In this document: piece after piece, positions 25,915-38,770 of the stretch
How positions within the stretch are numbered: position 1 is the stretch's first letter
How the letters are laid out: every line of letters starts with the position of its first letter
NCBI GenBank assembly: GCA_017499595.2
Contig: CM038999.1
Span: 558,001 to 622,000 of the forward strand
Source: Psilocybe cubensis
Taxonomy: Eukaryota
Length of the DNA: 64,000 bases
Direction: 5' to 3'
Program-made: the position numbers and the translations under genes
Notes under the pieces: generated by a model
The model's database searches: none
Told to the model about the DNA's origin: nothing
Seen by the model: the letters and a program-made list of their open reading frames with translations, nothing else

Positions 25915-27493
25915 ATGTCTGGAACTGATAAAGATATCCCCGTCAATACTGAAAGAAGAGTTAGCACACGGACCCTCCATGATGGTCAGATGCAACGATG
26001 TTTTTTGTCTACTACTGTGTATCGCACTGGTTGTAGAGGTACAGTTTTTGTGTCGGATGGATCCGATACGACCCAGTACTGATTTTTACCCGTGATATAG
26101 TCTCTCGTTTACCGTTTTTAAAATCGTTTGTGTCTTCAAATATTTCGGACACTTTTAACGGTGTCGATTACCGGTGCGGATCGTTTGATAGACGCTCTGT
26201 TTGCTCGTATTCAAATGGTATGTAACAGGACTTATACTGCGCTGCTTATCAATGCGTATAACTCGCATTTGTGTGTAGTCTCTAAAGCTGGTAGTGGGTC
26301 ATTGCTTGCGATAGGCACCTTCAGCGGAGCCGTCAAAATACTTGATACGCGGCGGAAGTGTTTATCGGAATGTGGTAGTTGTCGATATTCTTGATCGTTG
26401 CAATTTAACACTGATCTCGAATTTGCGCTTTTCTGTTTATTTCGTGTAGACCCTAGAGGACGGTTGGTCACGCAACATTCGTCCTACATCAGCGATCTAA
26501 AGTGGAAGGGAGATGATAAGTCGTTGTTAGTCGGAACATGTACTCATACAAAATATACGGGCGACTATCACCCCGGCGGGTTTGTTGTGACTGTCGAAGA
26601 GCGGTTTATAACGCATCGGTTACACGGACACTGCGAACCTGTCAAGTGTGTTTTGTGGCATCCCACGAACGAATCACTTGTATACACTGGAGATAGAGAA
26701 GGCACTATATCTTTGTGGGACTTGCGAGTGGAACCTTCGGTTCGTTTATCTTCGGGATTGACAGGTATCAGACCCGTCGCAACCATTTCTCATGCACACA
26801 AGGCAGTCAAAGCTTCTCTGGAGCCCACTATCACGGGACTCGTACCGCATGACAATGTTACTCATGGTGTAATAAGTAGTTGTTCTGCTAATGGGTGAGT
26901 GTTGTAACATGTGTTAGGAAGCACGACTCACTTTCGCTGTTAGTTTTCTCCGGTTGTGGGATTTCAGATCGACTAGCCAGTATCTATTACGCTCTAACTT
27001 GGACCCAGGCTTGTATAACTATCACCGGTCTAGGGGTATCGTATCGCTCGTGATGGGTATCGGTGAATCAGAAGGCATTGTATTTGGATTTGGTATCGAC
27101 GCAAAGATATACGTGTACTGTGCACGGGATTTAAATTTATGTGCGAACCCGATATCCTTTGATGGTTTGGGGGGGACCACTTCGTTTTACGCGAAAATGT
27201 CGGTCTCGCCATGCGGTCGATGGTTAGTACACGGCATGGGGTCTCGAGACGGGGATGCTTTCATTTATAGTGTCGCGCGCGACACTCGGTTAGATGTCAG
27301 TCCAGCGCATGCTGTGAGATTGAGAGGGGGGTCATCAAGCTCATACGGAGTGGATTGGTCTTACAACTCTTTGGCCGTATGTGCGGAAGCTGGAGTGGTT
27401 CGTATATGGCGAGCCAACCCTGCGAAGCGGAGAGAATGTGAGATACAGCCCGACTTCAACAGAGAAAAATGGAGTTGGGCCACATCTATATGA
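25915..27493 (+). CDS. cdt2: Divergent Cdt2/DTL (DCAF2)-like WD40 protein, CRL4 substrate-receptor family (5 exons, apparently intact)
   Basis: TATAAAA at 25881. LKSFVSSN.SD, CSYS, LLAIGT..GAVKILDT, HSSYISDLKW, LHGHCEPVKCVLWHP..TGDREGTISLWDLR, ISHAH, SSCSANG..LWDFR, RSRGIVSL, SFYAKMSVSPCGRWL and GVDWS..VRIWR match my recollection of fungal Cdt2. Confidence 0.8.
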
Positions 27494-28188
27494 CAATGAT
27501 CAGGTTGATGGTGTGTTGAATATCAAGTTGTACATGTACTTAGACAAATAGATTGACCTTTAAACGTTGTTAAATGTCGGATCCATATTTCCAACTTTGC
27601 GTATGACACGAAACTTCTAAGCAAGTGGAACCACTGTAGGTAAAATAGTTGTAACTCTAAATATCTTCTTGTATGACGTTGACAAATTTTGTTCGTATTT
27701 TTAAAAAAAACGCTTATTGCCTGGTGTTTATAGGTCCGTTTACTTACGCCATTATCTGCACAACACTTCCAAGGCCTCAATACTAGACCGCTCTAGCCTT
27801 ACCCTACAAAAAAGAAATTAAGAATAAAAAGCATGTTTTTACAAAAAAACGCAGTGCAAGGCGAATTAGTGTTGGCGAAGTTGTCGTGACAAAGGATATT
27901 TTTTATACAAAGTACACAATAAGTCGATGGAGGTGGTGGTGATACAAACCAAGCCAAAAAAAATAACTCAACATATTATTAGTGCTGAAGTCCATGTATC
28001 AACAAAACTCAGATACAATACAAATGCACTGGCATTCCAAGATGATAGTATATACAATAAATGGCTCTGAAAATTTCAAAATATCGTGTTATACGGCTGT
28101 AGTGCGCCGAAAAAAACGGAAATGTACATTCTGTTGAGTTAAGCGCGTTTGAACGAAACAATGAACGAGAAGAAACACAAACCTTTGA

Positions 28189-28676
28189 TCAAATACGTTC
28201 AATTCTATGGCGCAACGCTACAAACTCGCGCCGAGCCCATTTTGGAGATCGGTCTTGAGAAGGATAATAGAACGAAGGCTGTTTCGAGTAACCAATTGGG
28301 TATGCGTGAATACATCCGAGGTATCGTCCGTTTCCCGGGGCATCAAAAATCCGTGCAGTAAAATGCGGTGTATCATCAGTACGCGACGGGGAAGCAATAG
28401 CCCTGGACAAATGAAAAACCATCAACGCGGAAGCCATAAGTTTAGAAGTTACCTGGTCGCCAGCACGCGTAGCTTGAACTTCGTGTTATACGCGGTAAGC
28501 CCAAGCGCAACTTGAAGCTTCGACTCGACCTCCTTGTCCTTCAATGCAGCCTCTATTCCGTCTTTCAGCAATTTCTTGTCCCACCCAACGTGTTTTTGAG
28601 TGCCTCGCAAAACATAGGATAAATGAGTAGAGAAAGTCAAACTCGAAGAAAAGAATCGGACCATAGTTGAAAACAT
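28189..28676 (-). CDS. Small hypothetical protein (~145 aa, 2 exons), possible mitochondrial presequence
   Basis: MFSTMVRFFSSSLT..LRVLATR|gtaact..ccag|AIASPSRTDDTPHFTARIFDAPGNGRYLGCIHAYP..* splices in frame. Confidence 0.55.
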
Positions 28677-30887
28677 GACGAAACTGTAGAGTAAGGATAT
28701 AGGTTTAACGAAAATTACGGATTAGACGCTCACAAAGATATACCAAGTCACAGGGTTAGCTATTCACGCGCCAGACGCACGAGAATCCGAGAAAAAAAAA
28801 CCCAATAAACACAGGATAAAATGCATTTAAGGCAAGTATCTACTGTATCATGTTCAACCGCGTCCACGCGTTGAGTCTTAGTGTGACTTAGGATGTGTAG
28901 AACATTCTGTAAGCGCTCAAGAAAACTAGAACATTTGTAAATCATAAGGCAGCCCCTTATTTACCGGGCACTTATAACCACAGCAGGAAGCTACATCGAG
29001 CCACGAAGTTGCGAATTCGACTAAGTATTGATTCCATAACCCAGTCCAAGTAAAAGAGAAGTTAAATTCAATGGAATACAAGGAAATCACTTCATAACAT
29101 CTTTGATGGCCGTGATACTTTCCTAAAATGGTAACTAATCTCCACCAACTTCGCGTGTGTGCGTTTTTGTGTGTGCCCGCGTGACACTCATTTTTTTCAT
29201 CTCAAAGATACCCCGTGGTGAATTATCTTTAGCTACATATCATTTTTGACCGAGTTTGAGATAGCCAGTCTGTTTCTGATGTATTCCGAAGGTGTAGGGA
29301 TTTGTTTTGTAAGATCCCGACTACGAGACCGTTCGCATTGTAACTGGCAACGCCTTTTATTCAGTAATGTACACCACGTTACCAGTCCCGCGAACTTGAA
29401 TCAATCTTTTTTCTGTCCTTTGGACATGTATTTGGTGAGCGAGTGAAAGATGCAAACTTTCTGGGGAACATAGTAACTTACTAAACTATACACCACTTTG
29501 CTGGAGTTGCAGTCTATTTAAATGAAAAAATCTGTATAACAATTCAATGCTTACAACGGTATAGAAAGATAGGTAGCGTATTATATTCCTGGCAGTACTT
29601 AGTACACCTTATCAGTATGCTGAAATATGCACGCATATAACACGCTACCTCAATCCCGCTGCACGTATTTCAATGACATGCACACGCAAGATTTGACAAT
29701 TTGCACGCAAATTTACCGAGTACCGTTTCTATGGAAAGCCGGAAGAGCGAGGTGCCCAGACACAAACCAAACATCGTCCGGCAGGTATGCCGAGTGATCG
29801 ATAGGCAACACACAATCCCGCTATGCCTGAACGACTTCCAACACCCTGCACCGAGTCCACTATACAAATAAGTATATTCTGTTACATACTTAGGTATGTT
29901 ATTTTTTGCCCTCTATCATTTAGTTCTACCCTGTAAGAAAGGCAATAAATTCAATATTGCTGTATGACTAAGATGACCACGGTATTTAGGCCTTGGCTAG
30001 GGTTCTCCGTTCATAGGAGTGGGTGTCCCAAACGGGAAATGACCAAAAAATGGAGGAAAAAGGGAAGAGATTCTCACTTCCTTGTTTTTGTTTAATATGT
30101 GGAGAGAAAGACTATAAATTACTTGAGAATATATATACGTCATTCCAAACACAAAAGTTATGAGTTACCGTGCGAAACAATACGTAAAATTTCAAAAATT
30201 TTGCGCTAACGCGCGTCCGAAAAGTGTTTTATTCAATTTTACCCCGGACTTCGTCTGTACTCGGAATTAAGCAGATATTTTGCACATGGGTAATGCTTTC
30301 TTTATGTATCATATGGAATATTACTTAAAGGGTCTTAATAAAGAGCTGTAATAACCCACAACCCAGTCGTCGAGCATTATTGAATGGAGCCGTGCGCAGA
30401 TGTGGCTGTGCTTCGGCACATCGGCTGGCAGATAACATTAAGGGTGGCAGATAACATCTACTCAAATTCTACTTTTTCTACTCTTCTTACTCAAAATGTA
30501 AAGATACTAGTATATGTAAATACCTTATATATACCTGAATGTATTTTTTGAACCTACATACCCTATGTTTGAAAGCAAAAAACTCTCAAAAGAAAGTGCT
30601 CGGATTCTGCCGGTGGCTAGCGCATTGATGATACGAAAGAAAGTCAACTAGGACAGGTAAGCGACTTTTAAAAAGAGCCAGAGTGCTTACATACACAAAC
30701 CAGACTTTGGTATGCGCTCAGCGCAGCGGGCGGTTGGTCACGGGCAATGGATGTGATGGATATGAGAGAAGAAAAAAAGGACGTGGCTAGGGCAGGTGAG
30801 AGAGCACGGTGAGTGGTGTAAGCTCGACCTCGTTGAAACCTTGAGATGAGGATGAGAGTTTTGATGTGAGCGAAAACCAATGGTGGG

Positions 30888-31307
30888 TGTGACGATCCAG
30901 ATTGTTTCCCACACCCCTAACTATCTTCCTTTTATCTTATCTATAATTTTCTTTTCTGTGGACTTTACCTTAGCTCCGTCCACCCAATACACGCAGTCCT
31001 TTAGCTCATTTTCTTTATTCTTTATTCCTATTTCTTCATTTTATTCCCCTTAAAACTGACTTGTACTCCACCTTCATGTATTTCCCAATTAACCCTCTTG
31101 TATCTCTTTCTTTGTATACTTCCTTTGAACACCTTATTTTTACAGTATAAATGCAGCTATGTAGTAGCTAGAGAACCGGTGTCAAATACAGAGATACAGA
31201 GTAATTTAATTTGTCTATTCGACCTCTAAGCTTCATTTTGAATATTTTCCGTGTGCCGCTACGGAACCGCTGTTACTTTCGGAGTCACATTTCTCAATAA
31301 CGTCACA
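30888..31307 (+). mobile_element. Solo LTR (420 bp)
   Basis: Termini TGTGACG...CGTCACA, 5-bp TSD GTGGG/GCGGG (one transition), internal TATAAAT at ~31146. Confidence 0.75.
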
Positions 31308-31379
31308 GCGGGAGCAGGAAAAACTTGTAACTGATGCAAAACCCTTTCTTACAGGCCATAACTAAATGATAGAGGGCAA

Positions 31380-32700
31380 AAGATAACTCGAAAAGTCGGC
31401 TTCGACGCAATTACCTGCCATGCCAATAACCAGTAAAATTTTGCGTGATATTGTGTACTAATGTAATAATTATGTGTGTATCCAAATTACCTACCATGGG
31501 CGTGAATGTGTCAAATTTGATGTGTTTCTGGTATTTGACGTCTACGGATGTCGATGAAGGGAATATCGGGACGATGTCTTTTTCCAGGCCGTCTATTTGT
31601 ATGCCACTGCCTTTGACATATACATACACTGCTTTGCAGTATCGTCGCAATTTATCATCGACTTCGTATTTAATATCTTTGACTATTCCTTCTGTTCCAT
31701 TGACTATCTTATCATCAAATGCTATGTTTTCAGTTATCATTACTTTCATACCAATGAAAAGTGGCAGTTTTCCTAACGCATCGTTTGTTTTTGCTGAAGG
31801 GAGTCTCCATAATTTCTGTTGAAAATCATTTGTAACTCTTTTCTTGTAACTCTCGTCTCGTAAATAGTAGATGTGAGGTGATACGTTCAATCTTGATGAG
31901 TGATACTTGATTAACTTGACATTTAGAATGTCCCGGACTGCTTTGGTGCCTACAATGATAGGGGCATCCGAAAATAATTTTAGAGTCTTTGGATTTGAAA
32001 CTTGATTTTGAATTAGTCTTGCGTATATATACTGGTAATCTGCCGAAATAATATAAAATCAATGAAAGATAAACATTCGGCAAAGGCTCACTCGAAGTCT
32101 ACCAAGGAAATCAGCGTACTCTGCGTCTTTCGAGTGTCTCTGATTTATAACCAACTGTATTACTGTTTGTACTTGTCGCCATAAAAATGTTCCGCTGAGT
32201 TGTGAAGCACCGGCAACGTTGCGAGCTTCTGCAAAAGAAGGATTCTTGACTAGTTCATTTGCATACAATGGTTTTTGTAGCGGTGGTTTCAGTTGTGCGC
32301 AGTCCCATGAATATTATATTGATTCCTCCGAATGGCTTGTCACTATTGACATTGTCATCTCCTTTTCCTTGTCTAATTCTGATCGACATTTCGCTTAGAA
32401 ATTTTGCGCTGATCATTGAAATCTCGTTTACAATCAATGTTTTGATGTACTTCCATATTTGAATCAGTTTTACTTTGTTGGGTTTCGATTGTCCGTGGTT
32501 TGCTGCCGATGCTATCAGTGAATGTAGCGTTTGCCCTCCGATTAGTACAGCTGCTATTCCGGTTGGTGCTCCTAATAATAGTTCATGTCGCCGCTTTAAA
32601 CGGTCAAATAACAGAACCAGACATTTTATTAAGTGACATTTACCCGTTCCCCTACCCCTGCAATATGTATCAACAATTGATCTATTAAGGGATAGATTAC
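31380..32700 (-). pseudogene. PIF1: Pif1-family helicase (Helitron-type) pseudogene
   Basis: Frameshifted Walker A (AGVG-GTGK), GAPTGIAAVLIGGQTLH, IVNEISMIS, PFGGINIIFMG, LVINQRHSKD..YADFLGRLR and LPLFIGMKVMITENI..IVNGTEG. Multiple frameshifts, truncated, and no Rep/HUH domain seen. Confidence 0.85.
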
Positions 32701-33452
32701 GAACATTCTATCAGTGTTTCTGGATCTGTATCCTCCAGGTTAAAAGGTCCATTATCAGGATCGCCAATTCTTATTTTGCTGTTCTCCGCCACAATGTTGG
32801 GCCCCAGCCTAGAAACCCCGAAAGACTTCTCCGTATTTGCGGCGAGTAGTGGCATGGAAAACGGGCATGTTCTGGCGAGTGAGCCTTTCACATACACTAT
32901 ATGACAAAACAAACTGAAATTGCGAAATGACATGTACCACACGAATCAGGTAAAAAGCAAACAGACCCAGCGATACTTTATAATTGTCCGCCATGTAAAC
33001 GTTTCTATCTAAGTTCTGTCTCGTGATTTATCACGGGAAGTTTCGAAAATACCTCCCTTATGTCAGCAAACATATGATAGGCCCCTAGGGTTTCTCACGA
33101 ATTTGACCGTACCGCAGGCCAAACTTTGTCCTGATCTCGCGGATTTGAGGCCAGAATTGCAGAGTATTTGTCCAGGAAACTCTTTACTATCGTATGTACG
33201 TCTAAAGGTTGTTTATCCATCCTGTTTGGTATGTTACAACTTGGCACTACCAAATAAAGAACTGGGAGTCGATTCTAAACGTTGAAAGTCGGGTTGCTTT
33301 CAATTCGTATTCAACTTGTACTTCGATTCGGTTCCTCCACCCTTAGTTCTGACTCCACCATGCGTAACCGTGATAATAACAATACCATTGTTGTAGTATT
33401 ATGTTTCACGACACAATAACCAACTAAAACGAATCGACTCTGGTTAAAATGG

Positions 33453-34730
33453 TCAGATCGTATACGAAATACAATTAGTTTCAAAACAAGACATTTTCAA
33501 GAAAGATCTAAGGTCTGAGTGCCAAATTGGCCGTCCAAAATAGTCTCTTCTACAGTCGGGGGTGTATGCCAACGCCATCTCTTCAACAAAAAAGCCGGCC
33601 TTTAGTTCACCAAGTACGATAGGGTTAAGATCATCATCGACCTGGGGAACACGTTAACAAAAATCTTCGAATCTCATGGAAGAATAAATACTTTGTTACT
33701 CGTACCGTACATTGGCTTGTATCCTAAGGATACAATAAGGGCATCTGTTTTGTATTCTATATACCGGTTCATATCGCTTTCTAGAATGTCTACATTGAGC
33801 ATATTGAGTAAAGCTAAAGCATTCAACATTATACTCAGACACTGATGACAGCACACAACACATACCATTACCGAAACCCTTTTCAATGTTTACAATAACC
33901 CCAACAAATTCGTAAACAAAACCGGCCAATGGACGTCTCTTTAGGTGGTAAAAAAGTAGCGACACAAAATCTATGTGACATTCCCGATCGTTTAAAATTC
34001 GAGTGTAAGTAGACATCATAGCCGGCAGATAATCCTTGGAAGAAAACCATTGTAGAATTCGAGACAGAGAAATACCAAAGACTCCTTGAATAAAGATGAC
34101 GATGAGCAACCGCTCCGAAAAAGGATATACCAAAGGCATCAACCACATGTCCACAAATTTCTTCTTGTGATGCAATAGTCCCCAATCATCAGTACAACCT
34201 TCCATTCGGAGCCTGGTAAGGCCATGCGTAATTTTGGCCATCGCCTCTTTATGAACGTTCTCGCTATTAAAACATAATGAACGACTGAGGAAAAAGAACA
34301 CAAATCATAATGAGAGCCACTCACTTAACCGACTAGAAACCGAAAAAAAACAATGCGCTTCGGGTACTGTGATTTCCTTGGAAAGTATATCCAATATTCT
34401 CGTGTGCATTCCATGGGAAGCTATAGAGTTCTTGAAGAAAACAACCCCAACATATCGCTGTGCGGGTGACAAGCACTGCTTCCACTCTTTGTAATCTGAT
34501 GATAAACCAGTGTATTGAGCTTCCCATAGTGTCGTAATGGCATGTTTATAAGCTCTCCAAATCTGCAAAGGCAAGAAAAGGAATATCACTCAATCATGAA
34601 GGGAAATAAATAAATTATAGCACATACGTACCGTTGTATAGCGGATGGGAAATATAACAAACCGCCGGGGGTCCTTGACGAGTAACCACTCCTATGCATC
34701 AAGAACGAGGATTTTTGCAGAAGAGTACAT
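33453..34730 (-). pseudogene. RNR2: Second divergent R2 (RNR small subunit) homolog, with premature stops and a frameshift
   Basis: MYSS..DA*EWLLVKDPRRFVIFPIRY|IWRAYKHAITTLW..EAHCFFGF*..|ENVHKEAM..FSERL..IQGVF..NDRECHIDF..HLKRRP..YIEYKTDALIVSLG..KAGFF. TAG at 34692 and 34333, and an extra T in the T-run near 34345. Confidence 0.85.
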
Positions 34731-35199
34731 ATCAGTGTCTGGGGGAATATCGGCAAGGAAATAAACAAGAAACAACCAATGTACCAACCAATATTCACTG
34801 TAACGGTAGGCATGTAACGTCGTGTATACCTTTACTTGCCTACGTTTATACTTAAATCTACAATTCGCGCGATAATGTATCAAATACACAACATACAAAC
34901 AAGATTAGTCAGCGCCGTTAAACCACACTGCCCGCCGCTGCGCCGCCCAGACATATATCACGCAATCGATATTACTACTTAGTAAAGATGTATCGGTAAG
35001 CACGTACAAATTTGGCATCAACAACGCGATTACGCGGATACCATGACGATATATCCAAAATAACGACGTCTTACCGAATAAAACATAAACACTTCAGTGA
35101 TTGATAACCACATTAACATTACTGCATAGATCTATTCAACAGCCACTTAGAAAAATCTTACCATCAAAGTCGAGCGTAATGAATCCATAATGAAAGCGA

Positions 35200-35405
35200 T
35201 GTTTCTTGGGTACAAAATGGACTGGACGATGAGATATATATTTCCTACGAAAGTAGAAATAGTGGATGAACAGTGCAGTAGCGGCAATGGCTGGTGATGC
35301 CTCTGTTAATGACGTGGTACAAAAGGGGCGAGCAGCCTATGCCAATCGCCAAGCAGCCATGTGGGGTGACTTGGCGAGGCGAACAGATTACCTATTTCGT
35401 ATAAC
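35200..35405 (+). mobile_element. Remnant of the C-terminus of a KDZ-type (Kyakuja/CxC2-associated) transposase
   Basis: Degraded translation MDWTMRY..W..KGRAAYANRQAAMWGDLARR resembles the EMxWT..F..W..GxxAYAxRQAxxWxxLA tail of these proteins (recalled, not searched). Confidence 0.45.
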
Positions 35406-35439
35406 TGGTTAGTATCATTTAATGCGGAGATACTGGGAA

Positions 35440-38400
35440 TACAGTCTCCTAATGTGCTTGCCACATTATACGACGTAGATCGCCAATCCTCGCCGGAAAT
35501 CTACGCACTTCGCCTGAACCCTTCGGCAGATGATTTAGGAGAACTTTTCAAGGACATTCTACCACCCTCAGGCCTCTCCCCAATCCTGATATTACTACAA
35601 CGCAGCCTTCTAATGTACGTTAAACGCGGGACGATGATGTAACGCTCCAAATTAACGTGGATCGCCAATCCTCGCCGGAAATCTACGCACTTCGCCTTAA
35701 TCCTTCGCGCCCCCCCCCCCCCCCCCGGGCCCTCGTGCCCCCACTAGTCCCTACCACTTTTTATGATAAAACAATAGCAAGTGTTAGCACACTCTTTTTA
35801 TAACTGTTGATGGTTTTATCACAAAGCAAAATAATGAGAAGACTGGTCTATTTCTCATAAGTTTACTTCGCTTTTTCAAAGCCTTTTTCATTAGATAATA
35901 CCCTTCTTTCTCATTATCTTTAGGGCGCTTTTTCATTACCTTTTGATTAGATACTAGCCTGGTTATTTGATAAGATTGTTCTACATCAATATATCTTATC
36001 TTTGCTTGGTCATTTCTGATGCCATTCCATCAAATCAGGAACACTGTGGGTACTTCTAGGCCATGTCTATCAATCCATCAAAGCTATTATTAAATAAACT
36101 TTTCTCTCCTCGGCCCCTTGGTCTATAAATAGTGCTCATCCTATGCTACTTTTGTGCATTGCTGGCAATGGATTGGGCGCTTTTGGGGGCATTTCTGGAC
36201 CGTTTCCCTTGGTGTTTTTTGGTAGACCTATAGTTTTAAAGTGTCCCAATCCGAATATAAAATGAGAATTGCAATATCTTTACTCATTATTGTGCAATTA
36301 AGCGTACGATGTTTTGATCAAAAAGCGCACCTTGAATAGCACCCTCCAGGGGCTGGTATGCACCATTTTGACTATGCAATTATTTTTCATTTATAAAAGA
36401 CGGAGTACATGCCAAGTTTCAGATCAATTGGAGCAGTGGAACCTATTGAACTAGGATGTGCACCCTACCCCTCCTCTTACCCCTTGTATGAATACCTTCC
36501 TGATTAGATAAATTCAAGCCCAATTGGGATAAAGTAGGCGCTTATTATACCAATTTTTAAAGCCTAAAATATTGGTGAAATTTCAAGATTTAAGGGTACT
36601 ACCCCCTACTCCCTCCAGAACTTGTGTATTTTATTATGGGATAGGATGGGCTCTCAGACCATTGAAAGACATGTAGATCCACTACTAACAGTACATAGAG
36701 TTCAAAATTTACCCTTAAAAGCCCTCTTCAACAAGGGAACACACTGATTTAAGGGGGGGTATGAGGATAGGTATGGTAGGTTATTGATCAGGCCATATCT
36801 CTACAAATACATTGTCATAAATCATATTCTTGACGTCTACAGATACCTATAGTTGCCCCCTAAATATCTTTCCCAGGCTGCAAAAAGATCCGTCCATTAG
36901 CTGAGATGCTGCAGAGGGAATACCATTCTTCATCAAAATGCATAGTATTTTCGCATTTACCATATATAAATGATTATGATCAGGAAATATAAAGGCAGGA
37001 TAGTATAGCCTCAAAATGCAGCTTTCCAGAACATCAAGGATGTTGTGCATCGGACCAGTGGTTGCTGAGATATGGAAAGAAAGGTGTTGAAGAACCCATC
37101 AGAGACCCGGATGGATATTGGCCTTTATTTATGCTTTGTTTGTGGTCACCTCTTTGGCCTTTCTCCGAGATACATTTTGACATATCTCAGCTCATACTCA
37201 TCGGATTTCCATGAGTCCATATACCACAGATAGGTGTCATTTAGGGCTACACAGCCGTATAGTTTATGTATTTTATAAGTGTTATCTTTTACATCATATT
37301 TCGCTTTTCCTCCATTTTTGAACAACAATGCTTCTTCTTCTTGTACCATCTTGTTAAGCGTTCTGGTCATTTGGCAGTATGAATATAATATGTAGAGGAC
37401 CTTAGTAGCTATCTGTGAATGTAAGATATGTGCATTTTGGTGAAGTATCAGCGGTGATATGGTCATATTATGTTGTACATCCAATACCTTTTTATTAGCC
37501 TCATAACCAAGGTGTTCTCCTTCACTCTGAATGCTTCAAAGATATGTATTGCGTCTGTGGTACTATATAGAGCAGATTTACATACCTATATGTGCTGGGA
37601 ATGGCCATTCTACCCCATAATAAAATATACAAATTCTGGAGAGGATGGGGGGTAGTACCCTTAAATCTTAGAATTGCACCAATATTTTGGGCTCTAAAAA
37701 TTGGTATAATGGACGCCTACCCAGCCCTGGTTGGGCATAAATTTATCTGATCAGGAAGGCATTTGTACAAGGGGTAGGAGGAGGGGTAGGGTGCACATCC
37801 TAGTTCAATAGGTTCCACTGCTCCAATTGATCTGAAACTTGGCATGTACTCCGTCTATTATAAATGAAAAATAATTGCATAGTCAAAATGGTGCATACCA
37901 GCCCCTGGATGGTGCTATTCAAGGTGCGCTTTTTGATCAAAACATCGTACGCTTAATTGCACAATAATGAGTAAAGATATTGCAATTCTCATTTTATATT
38001 CGGATTGGGACACTTTAAAACTATAGGTCTACCAAAAAACACCAAGGGAAACGGTCCAGAAATGCCCCCAAAAGCGCCCAATCCATTGCCAGCAATGCAC
38101 AAAAGTAGCATAGGATGAGCACTATTTATAGACCAAGGGGCCGAGGAGAGAAAAGTTTATTTAATAATAGCTTTGATGGATTGATAGACATGGCCTAGAA
38201 GTACCCACAGTGTTCCTGATTTGATGGAATGGCATCAGAAATGACCAAGCAAAGATAAGATATATTGATGTAGAACAATCTTATCAAATAACCAGGCTAG
38301 TATCTAATCAAAAGGTAATGAAAAAGCGCCCTAAAGATAATGAGAAAGAAGGGTATTATCTAATGAAAAAGGCTTTGAAAAAGCGAAGTAAACTTATGAG

Positions 38401-38770
38401 AAATAGACCAGTCTTCTCATTATTTTGCTTTGTGATAAAACCATCAACAGTTATAAAAAGAGTGTGCTAACACTTGCTATTGTTTTATCAAAAAGATGGT
38501 AGGTACCACTCGTGCCCCAATCCTGATATTACTGGAACACGGCCTTCTAATGTGCCTGCAACATTGTACGAGGAAATCACACCCTAAGTCGACGTAATTC
38601 GCCAATCCTCGCCGGAAATCTACGCGCCTCGCCTTAATCCTTCACCAGATGAGTTAGGAGATCTTTTCAGGAACATTTCTCCACTTTCAGGTCCACTTCC
38701 AAATGTCGAGTATACTGGAACTCATTCTTTGCAAGAGTGTACAATACTGTTCGAGGAGACGACGCCTAAA
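35440..38770 (+). repeat. ~180-bp tandem repeat (about 60 codons per unit) split by the foldback element
   Basis: CGCCAATCCTCGCCGGAAATCTACGC at ~35481, 35663 and 38600, and CCCCAATCCTGATATTACT at ~35578 and 38515. Translates as RQSSPEIYAxRLNPS..DxLGxLF. Confidence 0.7.
35742..38514. mobile_element. Non-autonomous foldback/TIR DNA transposon (~2.77 kb, ~0.9-kb TIRs)
   Basis: 35750-36650 is the reverse complement of 37605-38503. The outer ~700 bp are nearly identical and the inner part is more diverged. Ends read CACTAGT.. / ..ACTCGTG flanked by CCC. Alternatively CTCGTGCCCC (35732-35741 and 38509-38518) is a 10-bp TSD. Confidence 0.9.

Noticed and set aside
20917..34730. Endogenous giant-virus origin of the RNR, helicase and kinase genes
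   Set aside because: The genes carry fungal-type introns at shared positions and resemble fungal host families. No capsid, packaging ATPase or viral polymerase was seen.
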